Source: the human T2T-CHM13v2.0 reference genome, Homo sapiens. Taken from it: DNA of 64,000 nt. Both the position numbers and the translations under genes were made by a program. Below, one piece after another: positions 24,736 through 38,930 of the stretch. The stretch is taken from the NCBI RefSeq assembly GCF_009914755.1, contig NC_060932.1; one strand, 5' to 3'. Below the pieces are notes generated by a model, which was not told the origin of the DNA, made no database searches, and worked only from the letters and a program-made list of their open reading frames with translations. Within the stretch, counting starts at the first letter, position 1; each line of letters starts with the position of its first letter.

Positions 24736-26385
24736 TGGTTTGCAAACATTTTCTTCCATTCCATGGTTGTCTCTTCACTCTGTTGATTATTTTTCTTTGC
24801 TGTGCAAAATCTTTTTAGTTTGATGCAATTCTATCTGTTTTTGCTTGTATTACCTGTACTTTTGGGGACATATCCAAAAAGTTTTGGCTCAAACTAATGT
24901 CAAGAAGCTTTTCTTCTATGTTTTCTTCTAGTAGTTTCATACTTGTAGGTCTCATATTTAATTCTTTAGTTCATTGTATTTTTGTATATGGGGTGAAATA
25001 GAGATCAAATTTCTTTCTTGTTTGTATGGATATCCAGTTTTCCAACACCATTTATTGAAGAGACTATACTTTCCCTATTATATGTTCTTGGCACTTTGGT
25101 AGATCAGTTGACTAAAAATGCTTAGATTTATGGCTGGACTTTCTATTCTGATTAACATATTTTCAATATTAAACTCTTCATGTATTTTTAATATTAATCA
25201 TAACTCAAACAGCTCAATAGCAATAAAATTAATAACTTGATTGAAAAATGGACAAAGAATGTGAAAAAGTCATATCTCAAAAGAAGACATACAAATAATC
25301 AACATACATATGAAAAAAGTTCAAAATCACTAATCATCAGGGAAATACAAATTAAAAATTAAAACCACAAGGATATATCACATCACACCTGTTAGAAGAA
25401 TTGTTATAAAAGTGTCAGTGAGTACATAAAGTGACAACAAGTGTCAGTGAGTACATAAAGTAAAGGGAATTATTTTACACTGTTGGTAGGAATGTATATT
25501 AGTACAACCATTATGGAAAACAGTGTGAAGTTTCCTCATAAAATAAAAATAGAACTACCAAATGATCCAGCAATTTCATTTTTGGGAATATATTCAAAGA
25601 AAATAAAATTAATTATCTCAAAGAGATATCTCTACTTCCATTTTTATAGCAGAATTACTCACAAAAGTCAAGATTGGAATCAACATAAATGTCCATCCAC
25701 AGATAGGATAAAATATATGATATATATATATCTCATATAATATATAAATATCATATCTCAGACATATACATGTTTCATATATCATATATATCATATGTAA
25801 ATGTCCATACACAGATGAATGGATTAAAAATATGATTATATGAGATATATGTATCTCATATAGATACAACACACACACACATACTCACACACACACACAC
25901 ACCCCAATGGAATACTATTCAATCTATAAAAAGAAGGAAATCCTGTCACTTATGGCAACATGGATAAACCTAGAGGACATTATGCTAAATGAATAAGCCA
26001 GGTACAGAAAGATAAATACTGTGTCATCTCACTAATATTTGGAATCTAAAATAGTGGAAGTCATTAACAGAAGCAGAGAGTAGAATGGGGGTTACCAGAG
26101 GTTAGGTGGACAGGAAGGGCAATGGAAACATGTTTGTCAACAGATACAAAATTTTAGTTATAAAAGCAATACGTTCAGGAGATCTATTGTGCAACATGGT
26201 GACTACAGTCATAACAATATATCATATGCTTGAACATTGCTAAGGGAGTAGATTTTAAATGTTTTCACAAAAAGACATGGTAATGTATATGTTTCATTCA
26301 TTAAGTTGACTTAGCCACTCCACAATATGTACATATATGAAAACATTATATATATATATAATTTTTATTAATCAATAAACTAAAA
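24736..26385 (+). mobile_element. L1MA element with 5' inversion (antisense ORF2 piece 24736-~25153, sense 3' piece ~25200-26385)
   Basis: The two pieces meet near the same L1 coordinate. TSD taa(c/a)atactgtcatg at 24721-24735 and 26386-26400. Confidence 0.88.
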
Positions 26386-27037
26386 TAAAATACTGTCATG
26401 AATGCAAGCAGTTTGACATGACTAAAGAAAAGATAACCATTCATAAGCATCAATGCAGTGTAGGAAGTAGTGTTTTCTATGCTCTAACATATGCCATCTT
26501 TGAAACATCAGAAAGCAACTTTCTTAAAAACCATGATCTGTCATAATTATGTGTTTTGGGAAATCTTTTTGGTTGAGCAATATGAAATCACCAGTTTTGT
26601 AAGTCAATGGTTAAATCTAATAAATACCAGCTATTGCATAAGTGGGCAAGAAAAGGGGAGAGGTGGGTATAATAAGCCATTATGCCAGCACAAGTTGGCA
26701 TTAAAAGCATAGGGCTGTTACAGTTAACCAAGTGTGATTATGTAATACACTAAAAATATCTAATTACATTAGGGAATATATGCATTGTTGCTCTTTAGGA
26801 TATATAAGGTTAAACTTCCTACAAAAAAAATGAAAGTATGTTCAGTGTCATCAACATAGATTAACTAGATGACTTTATTTTTTCAAGTGACATATCAGAG
26901 CTTTTCTAGAAAGTATCTACCTTCAACTAAACTTACAATGTTTATTATAAGCATTTGAATTCTAATTTTACATATTTTATCATTAAAACTTTGTTTTCAT
27001 CCAAAGGGAAAATTGAGTAGTTCTAAATGAATTGGGT

Positions 27038-27130
27038 AATGATAATAAAATTGACAAATATATTGAATGTTTACCATATGTCAGGCACTGTTTTAAGCAT
27101 TTTGTTATAGATGACTAATGTAATTTACAT
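27038..27130 (-). mobile_element. MIR fragment
   Basis: aaatatattgaatgtttaccatatgtcaggcactgttttaagcatttt. Confidence 0.6.
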
Positions 27131-28797
27131 AAGAGAGCAATAATCAAACATGTAATAGAATAATGAAGTAATTTGTGATACTTCATTTTTATTATAATTT
27201 CAAAATGTTATTTATGATTTTATTTCTAATCTCTAGGAAATTGGACACCCAAAATTAAATTAAAATATGAACATTGAGTGGAGTTAAAAAGCAACCTTAT
27301 ATATCTCCTAAGGAATCTAATAAATTAACTTTAAAAAGCAAAATATAAGTTTTACCAATATCCCTACCCTTTAAATCATATAGAAACAGAAAAAATATCT
27401 TGAGGAAAGTTTTACATAAATATAGGCAAACAAAATATCTGCAAATGAATGTATTTGTCTCATATGCTATCTTTTCTGCAAAGGAATGAAAGGTTTCCAG
27501 AACTTAGAATAAGTGAAGTTCTCTGCAGTGATTTTAGTAATTCATTGTGAATCATTACACACTTCTTGATCTAGAACAGCTAAGTTGTTTGGCATAACCT
27601 TTTGATTCATTTTCCTTTTTCTACTTATTGATTTTCTTAGCACTATTTACTGAATTACACTCTTATTCTAACAATGGAATTTCTGACACCTTTAGTTATA
27701 TAGGAAAACATTATATGTGTGTAAATATTGACTCAAAGTATTAATGGTCTCTTATTATTGACATATTATCTCTAGAACTTCATTTGTATTTAAAATAAAA
27801 ATTATGTCCACATTTATTTCCTTAGACTCCGTATAGAGTATGTGGCATATATTTTTGTAATGTTCCATGCCTTGGGCTACCTATCATTGGAAAATGTTAT
27901 ATTTCATATTAGACGATTCTTTTGACCCCTAGTAAACCTGAAACTGCCTTAGAGGAACAGCTGAATGTATTTCCTTAAATAAACACATTGTTCTTCAAAT
28001 TGCTAGTGTTTGTCTTCTTAATAGGCTCCACAGGCAATGGGAATGTTGACTTTGAAGTCACCTCTACTGGGTTCATGTAGATAAGTCTATTTCATACCTT
28101 TTTTCTTCCCACACTTAACAGTGTCTTTCAACTCACGTTTGTTTTAAGACAACTATAAATGCATACATACTACATGGAATATTTAATTTTTATTTAATTT
28201 ATAGTCTCAGTAATTAGTGAGAGGTTGGCTCACAATTACATAAAAATAAACTTAGACAAAAATCAGAAAAGGTTTACTTTTAATTGAGGTATGAGGAAAA
28301 ATTCATTTACTTGGTCACATGCTTGGCCTTCATAAGGTAGCAAAAGATAAATGGTCACTTGCATTGTATAAGTGGTCGTAAAATTTTTCTCAGCACTGAA
28401 CTGTCCTCCAGAGCTATTTATATGAAGCTAGTCATTTTCTAATGATCACTTGTAACATAGATGATACACTCAATTTTGATAAATGGGTCCAAACTCTCCT
28501 AAAGAAGCTGTACCAGTAATACTCCATGAAGCTTTCTAGAGTTTGTTTGCTTATTCACTATCCAGACAGAAATATTTTGCATATTTTTCACCATCCCAGT
28601 TTTCAAGAACCCAAGCTAGAGTTTGAGAAAATTCTATTTGAATGGACATAAAAATTTATTTGATTTTGAAATAAAAACAAATCATTAAAAATTCTACTTT
28701 AAAAATATGCTTTGAAACTTGAGTATCTAGGAAAAAAGTTAATAACCAAGCACAGGAACAAAATACAAGAAATTGTAGCATAAAGATCATAGATATG

Positions 28798-29050
<253 letters not shown>

Positions 29051-30311
29051 TCATAGATGTGTTTGTTACTATGATTCTCTTTTTGGTCTCTGAAAATGGG
29101 TCCCTGGAAATTAGAACCATATTAAGTTAACCATTTCTTATATATTAGAAACAGTTGTTTATCAGGTTAAAGATGCTATATTTTTTGTACTGTATAAACA
29201 GCCATCTAACATAGTCATTTGTTTGGGGAAGATACTAGCCTTTGATAATACTATTTCTCTTAGATTACTACTGGCAGCAATTAATCAACAGTTGTAGTAA
29301 TTTACCCTATACTTCAAGCCAAATTAACAGTCTTGCCTTGCTTATATGAATATTAAAGGATAATGTGGCATTGGGCCTGGAATTCTCAGTAAGTTGCCCA
29401 CATTGTTAATATTTACCAATATTAACTTAGGAATAGGCTGCAAGGTGTAAGGAATGTCTGTTTTAATATTCATTTTAAAAATACATGTTTTAAATATTGT
29501 AATTCAGTGTAATCACATCAGTTATGATAATTTCATTTTGGGTCCAGGATAATTAAATCTGGAATTGCATAAGATGCACTACAATGGTAATATTATTTCA
29601 TTATTCTTTGTAACTAACATTCCAATCACTGGTATAGATTGACATTTGGAATATGACTATCATCACACAATTCTTTGCCCTAGGAGACTTCCTAATGGGC
29701 ATTTTTTATACCTTGCTGTAGCCTTTTATGTACTTAATAACCGTACAGTTTCATGTAGCTTCATAACAAATAACTATCATTGCCATATTTATGTGGTAAT
29801 AAAACTAGTTTAAGGTATTTTTATGAAGCTATTTATGGCTTTTAGTCATTATTGAGTTTTTTATGACTATTATAAAGTGGTATGGCTTAAGAAAAATTAT
29901 AAACTCCCCTATGGGTATTTGTCATGATTGAAAATAATAGAATTCTTTTTGTTGTTATGTCTTGGGAAATTTTATTATCTTCTGTCTAGAAAAGCAAAAT
30001 ACTAGGGATCTTCAATCAGATTATTACCAAATTATTAAGATTTTGTTCTACGTATTGAATGAAAGCATATATTCCATTACTTGTCCCAATTGAAATAAAC
30101 ATAAACTGCCAAATTTCCTGGAAAACAGTATATCTAGAGGTCATTTCAGTTGTTAAGTATGTGTTATCAACTTAAGGTTTTATTAGTTGCTCCTTGTAGG
30201 TATTCTGGGTCAGTTTCATTATTATTTACTGAAAGCATTAATATTATTTACTCATACAAACTCTATTTCTTAGTTGTTATAGTAAAGACAGATTTTTTAA
30301 TTATTGCATAA

Positions 30312-30705
<394 letters not shown>

Positions 30706-30819
30706 TTACTTTGAAGGTTCATTTGTTGACATCTCACCTTGCATATTTCAGATTAGTATATGATACTGAAAATTCTTTCTGTTCTCTGAAGCACTCTTTC
30801 CATCATTCATACATTATGT

Positions 30820-31125
30820 TGTTTCCATTTAGAACACTCTCCTCTCCTCTTGTCTGAGCTAATTCCTACTCATCCTTCAGGTGCCAGCTTAGATAATCAC
30901 TTCCTTCTGATACATTTCTCTAAGCTGCTGGTGGCTGGTAGAGTTTATCTTTGTTATGGATTCCTCTGTAACCTGTATGTATTCTGTATGTAATTGATAA
31001 TTTATCTAGTCATTTGGCTATAACCCCCAAAGACAGAGATCAGGTCACTATTTTCATTCTATATCCCCAGCATGGTCTGGCCTAGGAAGCCCTCAATTAA
31101 TAGACGTTGAAGGATAAACAGAACG
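30820..31125 (+). mobile_element. L2 3' fragment
   Basis: gctaattcctactcatccttcagg…tcacttcc…tatccccagc…ctcaattaata…gttgaaggata. Confidence 0.65.
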
Positions 31126-31491
31126 GATTGCCTTATTTATGTACCTGTTGTAGCAACTAGAAATTTTAGTCATTTGCCCCAAATATGTTACTATGATATA
31201 GGCTGTTTGTGAACTATCTCTTGCCTTTTTATATTCACAGATGTGTATGCATGATATCACCTGCCAAGTCCTTTTTGTTCTCAGGTTTTGGAGTTACTTT
31301 TTCTACTGACAACCCTAATTTCCTTATTTGATGAGAAGTATGAAAAGGAATCTAAAAATACTTATATGCTGGGCAATTTAACAATGTTTAAGGCATACTT
31401 TGAAAGTGCCATGAAATCCATATTATAATTTTCTCACAAGCCCTATTGTTGTACTAATTATTAAGCAATGATACTAGTTTCTAGTTAATTC

Positions 31492-33292
31492 ATGGCTTAT
31501 TTTATTTATTATACTTTTTAAAAATTGACATAAAAATTGTACATATTTATGGGTTACAGTGAGATGTTTTGATACATATATATTGGATAATTATCACATC
31601 AGGGTATTTAGCATTTTCATCATCTCTTTGTGGGGAGAACATTCAAAATTCTCTCTTCCACCTATTTTGAAATATATCATGCAATATTGTTAACTATAGT
31701 CAACACACCAGAACTTACTCCTCCTGTCTAACTGTGACCATATATACAGTTAATCAATCTCTCATTATACCCCAGCCCCTTTCCACTCTCCAATCTTTGG
31801 TAGCCACAATTCTACTCTCTACTTCAATGAGACCAGCATTTTTAGATTATTTATATAAACGATATCATATTTGTCTTTCTGTCCTAGCTCACTTCACTTA
31901 ATGTAGTGTCCTCCAGGTTCATGCATGTTGTCACAAATGATAGGATTCCAATCTTTTTTATGGCTAAATAATATTCCAGTGACATACTGTGTTGAAATAG
32001 AAAAAAACTCATCTTAAAAAATGTGTATGGAACCACAAAAAACCCAAATAGCCAAAGCAATCTTAGGCAAAAAGAACAAACTAGAGTCATTACACTACCT
32101 GACTTCAAAATATACTACAAAACTACAGTAATCCAAACAGCATGGTACTGTCATAAAAATAGACACATAGACAAATAGAAAAGATAACCCAGAAATAAAC
32201 CTGTATACTTACAGCCAACTGATTTTTGACAAAAATGTCAAGAACATGTAGTGGGGAAAAGACAACCTCTTCAACAAAGGGTGCTGGAAAAGCTGAATAT
32301 GTACATTTAGAAGACTGAAACTAGACCTCTATCCCTCACTGTATAAAAAATTAACTCAAAATGTATTAAAGACTTATGTACTATAAAAAGACTAGAAGAA
32401 AAATAAGGGAAATGCCTTATGGCATTGGTCTGGGCAAAGATTTTTTGAACAAGAACTCAAAAGCATAGGCATCGAAAGCAAAAGTAGAAAAATAGGATTT
32501 CATCAAACCAAGAAGCTTCTGCACAGCAAAGGAAACAATCAACAGAGTGAAGAGAAAATCTACAGAATGATGGAGAATATTTGCAAACTATACATTTAAT
32601 AAGGGGTTCATATCCAAATTATATGTAGAACTCAAACAACTCAATAGCAAAAAAAAACAATGTGATTAATAATGAACAAAAGATCTGAATAGACATCTCT
32701 CAAAAAGAGACATACAAACGGATAGCAGATATATGAAAAAATTGTCAGCATCACTTATCATCAGGGAAATGCAAATGAAAATCACAATGAGATATTATCT
32801 CACCCAGTTAAAATGGGTATTATTAAAAAGACAAAAGGTAATAAATGCTGGGGAGCATTTGGAGAAAGGGAAGTGGGAATGCAAACTAGTACAGCCACAA
32901 TGGAAAACAGTATGAAGATTCCTTTTGAGACTAAAAATAAGATGGGGCAAGATGGCTCAGATCTGTAATCCCAGCATTTCAGGAGGCTGAGGCAGGAGGA
33001 TAGCTTGAGGCCAGGAGTTCAAGGGAAGCCTGGGCCACATAGTGAGACCCTATCTCTATTAAAAAAAAAAAGAAAGAAAGAAAACAAAACCTAAAAATAA
33101 AACTACCATGTGATCCAGCAGTTTCATTACTGAGTACTGGTTATATACCCAAAAGAAATGAAATCATATGTCCAGAGATATCTGTATTCCTATGTTTACT
33201 GCAGCACTGTTCACAATGGCCCAAGATATGGAATCAACTCAGTGTTCATCAACAGATGAATAAACAAAATGTGCAGCATATGCACAATGTAA
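31492..33292 (-). mobile_element. L1MA (L1MA4/5-like) with 5' inversion: antisense 3' UTR ~31498-31980, sense ORF2 piece ~31990-33292
   Basis: Poly-T then antisense L1MA 3' end. The sense piece ends at the L1 coordinate where the antisense piece stops. TSD-like tagtttcta(g/t)ttaatt at 31475-31490 and 33293-33308. Confidence 0.85.
32941..33090 (+). mobile_element. FLAM (free left Alu monomer, FLAM_C-like) nested in the L1MA
   Basis: Single monomer ggaggatagcttgaggccaggagttcaag…catagtgagacc plus A-tail. TSD ctaaaaataa at 32931-32940 and 33091-33100. Confidence 0.9.
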
Positions 33293-34227
33293 TAGTTTCT
33301 ATTTAATTTAAAGCTTCCAGATTATTTTATCATTTTAAGAAATGAAGACTCATAGCTGATAACACGTTCAGAATTAAAACTTGTCTCTCTATATTCTGTT
33401 TCCTCCCCCATCAAGGGTTGTCTCTGCTGCTAAGTGTCTTTATTCCTTAAATCAATTTTGCATCAGTTAGAGGAACAAATTGTTTTTCCACAGATTTGTA
33501 GCCATTAATCTCAGCAGTAACTCAGTGAATATTTTTTTTAACATCAACATCAGAAATACATGGACAGAAGGGAATAATTTGAACCAAGTCCAGGACATAC
33601 TGGCTGAATCTATGAAAGTTAAGACTTCATGTCATATAATAAATCTTTGTCACTAATTTATGCTACTTTAAAATTTGGGGATATGATTAGAATGGTCATA
33701 TAACATAATGCACACTTTCTTACTCTGTTCTTTCATTGTCTTCTCCATTATTACTGCTACTCAGTAATGGTATCAACTGGAAATTCTTGAATTGTAAGTA
33801 AAAATGACCTCATTTCCGAAGCATTTAAAGTTATTGCAGGTGAAAGCTCTCTCAAGGGCTTTCAGTGTTTCAATACGTGGATGTACAATGTCTGTCAATA
33901 ATGAATGCCACACATTAAATTAACTTGAATAGTTATAGCCCAAACTTTATTCTCAGCTTTGGCAAATTTCTAACATAAAAGCTTAGAATGTAAGAATTGA
34001 AAAAAAGCTATTAGAATAATACAGATACTCTGAAAGGACCTCTAGATTGCTACACATATTTCTTTCTTTTCTGAGTATAATTGAGATTTCCAAAAATTTT
34101 TACTGAATGTTCATTTTATATTCTGGACTTGGTAATTTAAAAAAAAAGATAAAATTGTTAAAAGAGCAATGAGTAATTCAAAGAACTGAAGACAAAATAT
34201 TGTATGGTTGATAAATTCATATCAACC

Positions 34228-34465
34228 TTCTTAGCTGAGATGATTAGAACACCAGGGTAAAGTGGCCAAGGTCATAGGGTTGAGCTGTCTGTGGCCCAGG
34301 TAGTTTATCCTCTTTCTGGGTCACAGACCATTTTGGGCACTATGCCCAGACATTCTTTAAAGAAGGACCTAGTCCCAACACAACAGTGGATGAAAGAGGG
34401 AAACAGGTCAGGGCCAATACACAGCCGTCAGAACTACAATGTCTCAAGGTCAGTATATTCCTAGA
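34228..34465 (+). mobile_element. Ancient tRNA-derived SINE (MamSINE1-like)
   Basis: A-box-like ttagctgagatgattagaac, then ggccaaggtcatagggttga (B-box-like) and gtcacagacc, resembling the recalled MamSINE1 consensus. Confidence 0.55.
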
Positions 34466-34468
34466 GTG

Positions 34469-34472
<4 letters not shown>

Positions 34473-34511
<39 letters not shown>

Positions 34512-34663
34512 ATAAAATATTGTGTATATACATATATACAATGTATATTGTATGGTATGTTTTGTGTATGTGTGTATATATAATATTATACATATCACTC
34601 TAGCAATATACTCACTTTACATATGGATACACATAACACTAGATATATACATATATATATATA
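34473..34663. repeat. (TA)15 microsatellite and degenerate TA-rich low-complexity tract
   Basis: Perfect TA at 34473-34502, followed by TA/TG/CA-rich sequence. Confidence 0.93.
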
Positions 34664-35699
34664 GTGTGACAATTTTGTATAAAAAAGGGAGAATAACTGT
34701 GTTTGAATAACAATTATTTGTTTTTGTTTTAATTTATAAAGGCAGTAAAAATCAACCAGGTTCACTTCACTTACTTTTTGAGCAGGTGTCAAGTTCACAC
34801 ACTTGAAATTTCACAGGACACAAAATATCTACAATTTCAAAAAAAGCTTGCTTCACTGAAGTATATGAAGGTAGTCCCAATATTTTTCATTATATCCTTG
34901 CATGCATAAGTAAAATTTTAGATAATTTAAAGGACATTGAAATAATTAAGTATGCTGTTGTCTTTTCTCTTGAGGCATCAGAATGGGTGTAACTAAATTT
35001 ATATAGGAAACTTGACTTTGTTCACCATGAAAGAACCGAAGAATCTGAGATTTGTTTTATTGAGGAAGGCTTAGGCTTGGTTCAGGCCCTACTGTGAGAA
35101 GAATTAGTAGGAAAAGTTCCAGCTTTATCTAGTGAGATTGACATTGTGTCATGGCATCTTTCTTAATTTAATAAGTATAAATCTTACACCTCCACTACCA
35201 GTGCAGTACTGACTTACTGTCGATTTGAACCTAAAGTTATCACATGCATCACACTTAATCATAGTGGTTTTCATAAACTTAAATTCAGTTGGGCAGAATT
35301 CTCTGGATATTTATATTGATTCTATGCTCCAGTTTTTATAAACATAACCCAGCAATGACATGGAATAAAGCAAAAAAGACTTCAGAGTTATCGAAGCTAA
35401 ACTTTTGATTTCATAGAGGAAATAGGTTTGTTCTATTGCCCACCAGAAATGGTGACTAATAAATGTGTCTTTCCATCTTTCTTCTATGAGTAACTAGGAA
35501 TTTCTTCAGCATTAGTTACTTCACTTTTTTTAGAAAAGGAATGTTGTCACTGAAAAGTTAAGATTTAATAAAGATTCACATGAGAATATTCTTCTCTTCT
35601 GTTTAACATCAATCTTTAAGTAGTTATTTTTATTATTGCAATAGTCTCTCTTCCTAATAAGTCATTTTTTTCTATACTCACCATTCCCCCACCCAAACC

Positions 35700-35910
35700 T
35701 CTAATGCTCCCTCATTACCCTTTATTCTATTAAAATGCTTATCATGCTGTAAATTATATTTATTTCTTTGGGTCACTCTTTCCAGTAAACTATAATCATT
35801 AAGAGTAGTTCTGTTACCTTTGCATCACCTTATCTGGCTCTGTACCTGGTTCATAGTAGGATCTCAGTGAGTATTTGATGAACAAATAAATGAATGAATA
35901 AATGAATGAA
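35700..35910 (+). mobile_element. L2 3' end
   Basis: tgtacctggttcatagtaggatctcagtgagtatttgatgaac, ending in an (aatg)n tail. Confidence 0.75.
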
Positions 35911-38048
35911 TTCAGTAATATTGTTGAGTCTGTTTTTATTATACTTTTAAAACTTCTGCTTATATTCAGTAATGAAACATGAAGAAATTAAATCAGATAT
36001 TTACCTTTACTAATAAAATTGTACCAGAGGGAGCCATAATATTATTGTCAGTTTCTAAAATGTGCAAGGCTACAAAGGGTGAAACCTCTTTGAATTAATG
36101 CCTCTTAATGGTTGGAAATTTAATCAGTAGTCTTCATTCACAATTTAAGAACTTTACATTGTCTCTCTTTCAGCAACAGTATAAATGACAACTTTCATAT
36201 CTGAATCATAAATAATTCATCATCATGTATTCACCCCTTTAGAGTGCTAAGCATACCATAGAGGAATCTTTGTTAAAGATATTTGGCTAGCCATCTACTT
36301 AGTTATGTTAGAGGAAAAATATTCAAAGCTCTTGACCTAGTATTCCAATTTCTGGCAAACTTTAAAAGTACCATCTTTGACATTCATTTAGAATTCATCT
36401 CCTTGATCACTTTTGGCCCACAGTCACAGGCTTTGATTCAGAACTTCTAAAGCAACTTTGTTTTGACCTCTGCTCTGTTATTTTCCAAGTCATTTTAAAA
36501 CCAAGACCAGAAAAATATCCTGCTTCATATTTTATCAAAGTTTTCAATTATCCCATTGGATTTTATTTCATCATCTTCCCCACACTATGTACAGTAAGTT
36601 GTTTAAGATTTTGTAGGCAAATTTCTCATTTCCATAGAATTTGTGCTTAGAAATTCACCAGATAATCATCAAATCAATAGTCCTTAATTAAATACTAAGT
36701 ATATATACTCTTTATTTTTCACAATGCTTAATTAATCTCTCCAAATAGAATACTTCAATGCTATGTTCATCATGGAAGTAATAAGCTCTAAGAATATTTT
36801 ATGTTGCAATCACTAATTAATTATGAAGCATAGCTTCATTTTTTCCTTGATGTGCTATCAACCTGCTGTTTATCATAGTCTGAATCTTATGGCAGGTAAG
36901 GTGGTTATATATATTTCAATTATATGTAATTAATGAATATTGTATAATTTTTCTACTGCCTAAGATCTGCCTAAATCAATACTATTTTTTAATTATCTTA
37001 GTACCAATGCTATTCAAGTGTTTTATGTCAAAAAAGTCATTTTGATAGTTTAGGCAGAGTCTTAGGTTTTTTCTTTCTTGATATAATGTGACTGCTAAGG
37101 CCATTAAATAATATATGAAAGTACATTGCTATGACAAAATATCAACCAAGAATGGATATAGGCCACACTTATTTCTTTTTCCATTACTATAGAAATTTGA
37201 TTTGTGGTAATGGCAGTTAATTATTTTGAACAATGAATCCAATCAGTCTAGTCAGTTTACCAAGGAAAAAGGAATGTATTAAACAGTAACTTTGATAATA
37301 TTGGGATGGACTACTGAAACAGATTAAGTAGACTGATTCATGCTTTAATCAAAGCAATGTTGTGTCCTTTAGTAGCTGATACATCTGTTCACACATAGAA
37401 GAATGATGTTTTGTGAGCAAACTTAATTTTCAGTTCCTTTAATAACAATAATTTTTATATTCAGCATGTTCTAGTTGAGTTCTCACATTAGGTAATATAC
37501 GTCTGTGAGCCCTTCAATTTAGAAATATGAGTTATTAGTAAGAAATATGAGTTATAAGTAAGAGATTATTAAACTACCAGAATGCAGATAAATGAAACCC
37601 ATAATGAATAATACAGATTCCTATATACTCTTTTCATAAACATTAGAAAAGATGAAAAGCTTAATTTAGTTGACCAATGACCCACATAAATATATTTTAT
37701 GGATATTTTTCTGGATGTATATAGGAGTCACAAACACATTTAATAGTATTAAGCAATCTTAGTTTGAAATCATCAGTTTCGTTTAAATTTAAAATGAGGA
37801 CTATGAAAACAATTATGCTTTATAAGCAACTGTTTATATTTTCATGAGATTTAAACAAAGCAATTTAAATTTACAAAAATTTAAGGCAACTAAGTATTTC
37901 TTTGTTATAAAAGTAAATTCAGATGTAAAATAGCCTCAAAGCAACTTGAATATATAAAATCAAGAAATCCATAAACAATCATCATTTTGAATAATTGCAT
38001 TTATAGCCAAACCTGCTCAGTGGTAATGTAACTAATCTAGATCACACT

Positions 38049-38198
38049 TATATAAAAATAAAATTGTGTATAATTTTATTTTTATATATAAATATATATA
38101 ATTATATCTAATTTTATTTTTATATATTTTATTTATATATTTTTAAAAATAAAATTATATATATTTATAAATATATAATTATATATAATTTTATTTTT
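38049..38198. repeat. AT-rich low-complexity tract containing two perfect inverted repeats
   Basis: 17-bp arms at 38049-38065/38072-38088; 19-bp arms at 38145-38163/38180-38198. Confidence 0.9.
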
Positions 38199-38632
38199 GT
38201 AGGTATAGTCCTGTGCAATGTCTTCCTTACAGATAATGGTTGAAAATTAGAGTATAAAAGAGGTATTTTTGTTACTACCTAGCAGTTCACTTGATGTTGG
38301 TAGACTATAACTAAAGGATAATCTGTAACCTAATATGATTTCAACTCTATTTTGACTTTCAAAAGAGAGAAATAAAATAGCACTATATCATTTCTAACAA
38401 GTGTTTATAAGGTAGAAATTGCCTTAAATTCACATTTAAAAGAAACCATGCAAAACCTTATAAAATAGCAATATATATATGTACATATATATGATGTAGA
38501 GAGAATCTATTACTCTTACATGGAGGCAATTTCCAATAATTTGCTATATTTGTCCTGCTCTTCTCAGTTTTATGAAGTTTTTTTATGGCTCCAGCCCAAG
38601 TATTCTCAGATTTTAAATGAAGAGAGCATTAA

Positions 38633-38930
38633 ATTCACCAATTTACTTAGCAAACATTTATTCAATGGGAAATGTACTGTGCTAGGCCTTGTGAGGGTTG
38701 TAAATATAAATAAGGGCGATCCCCATCCTCAAGAAGTTTACACAGACACAACACAAGGTAGTTAACAAAATGCCTTTGCAGCCCTCAGGAAAATAAGATT
38801 AGTTCTGCTACAGTGTTTAAAACTTGAAGGATGGGTAGACTATCAATAAATGGAAGTGGAGAATAAAGTATAGAATGAAACAGCAGATGAAGCTTGGAAG
38901 ACACTAAGTGTGTTTAGAGAATGAAGAGGG
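38633..38930 (-). mobile_element. L2 fragment
   Basis: ttagcaaacatttattcaat…tactgtgctaggcc…ccccatcctcaagaagtttaca. Confidence 0.6.

Noticed and set aside
34228-34300. Functional tRNA gene
   Set aside because: A/B boxes are degenerate, there is no convincing cloverleaf, and the downstream sequence fits a SINE body.
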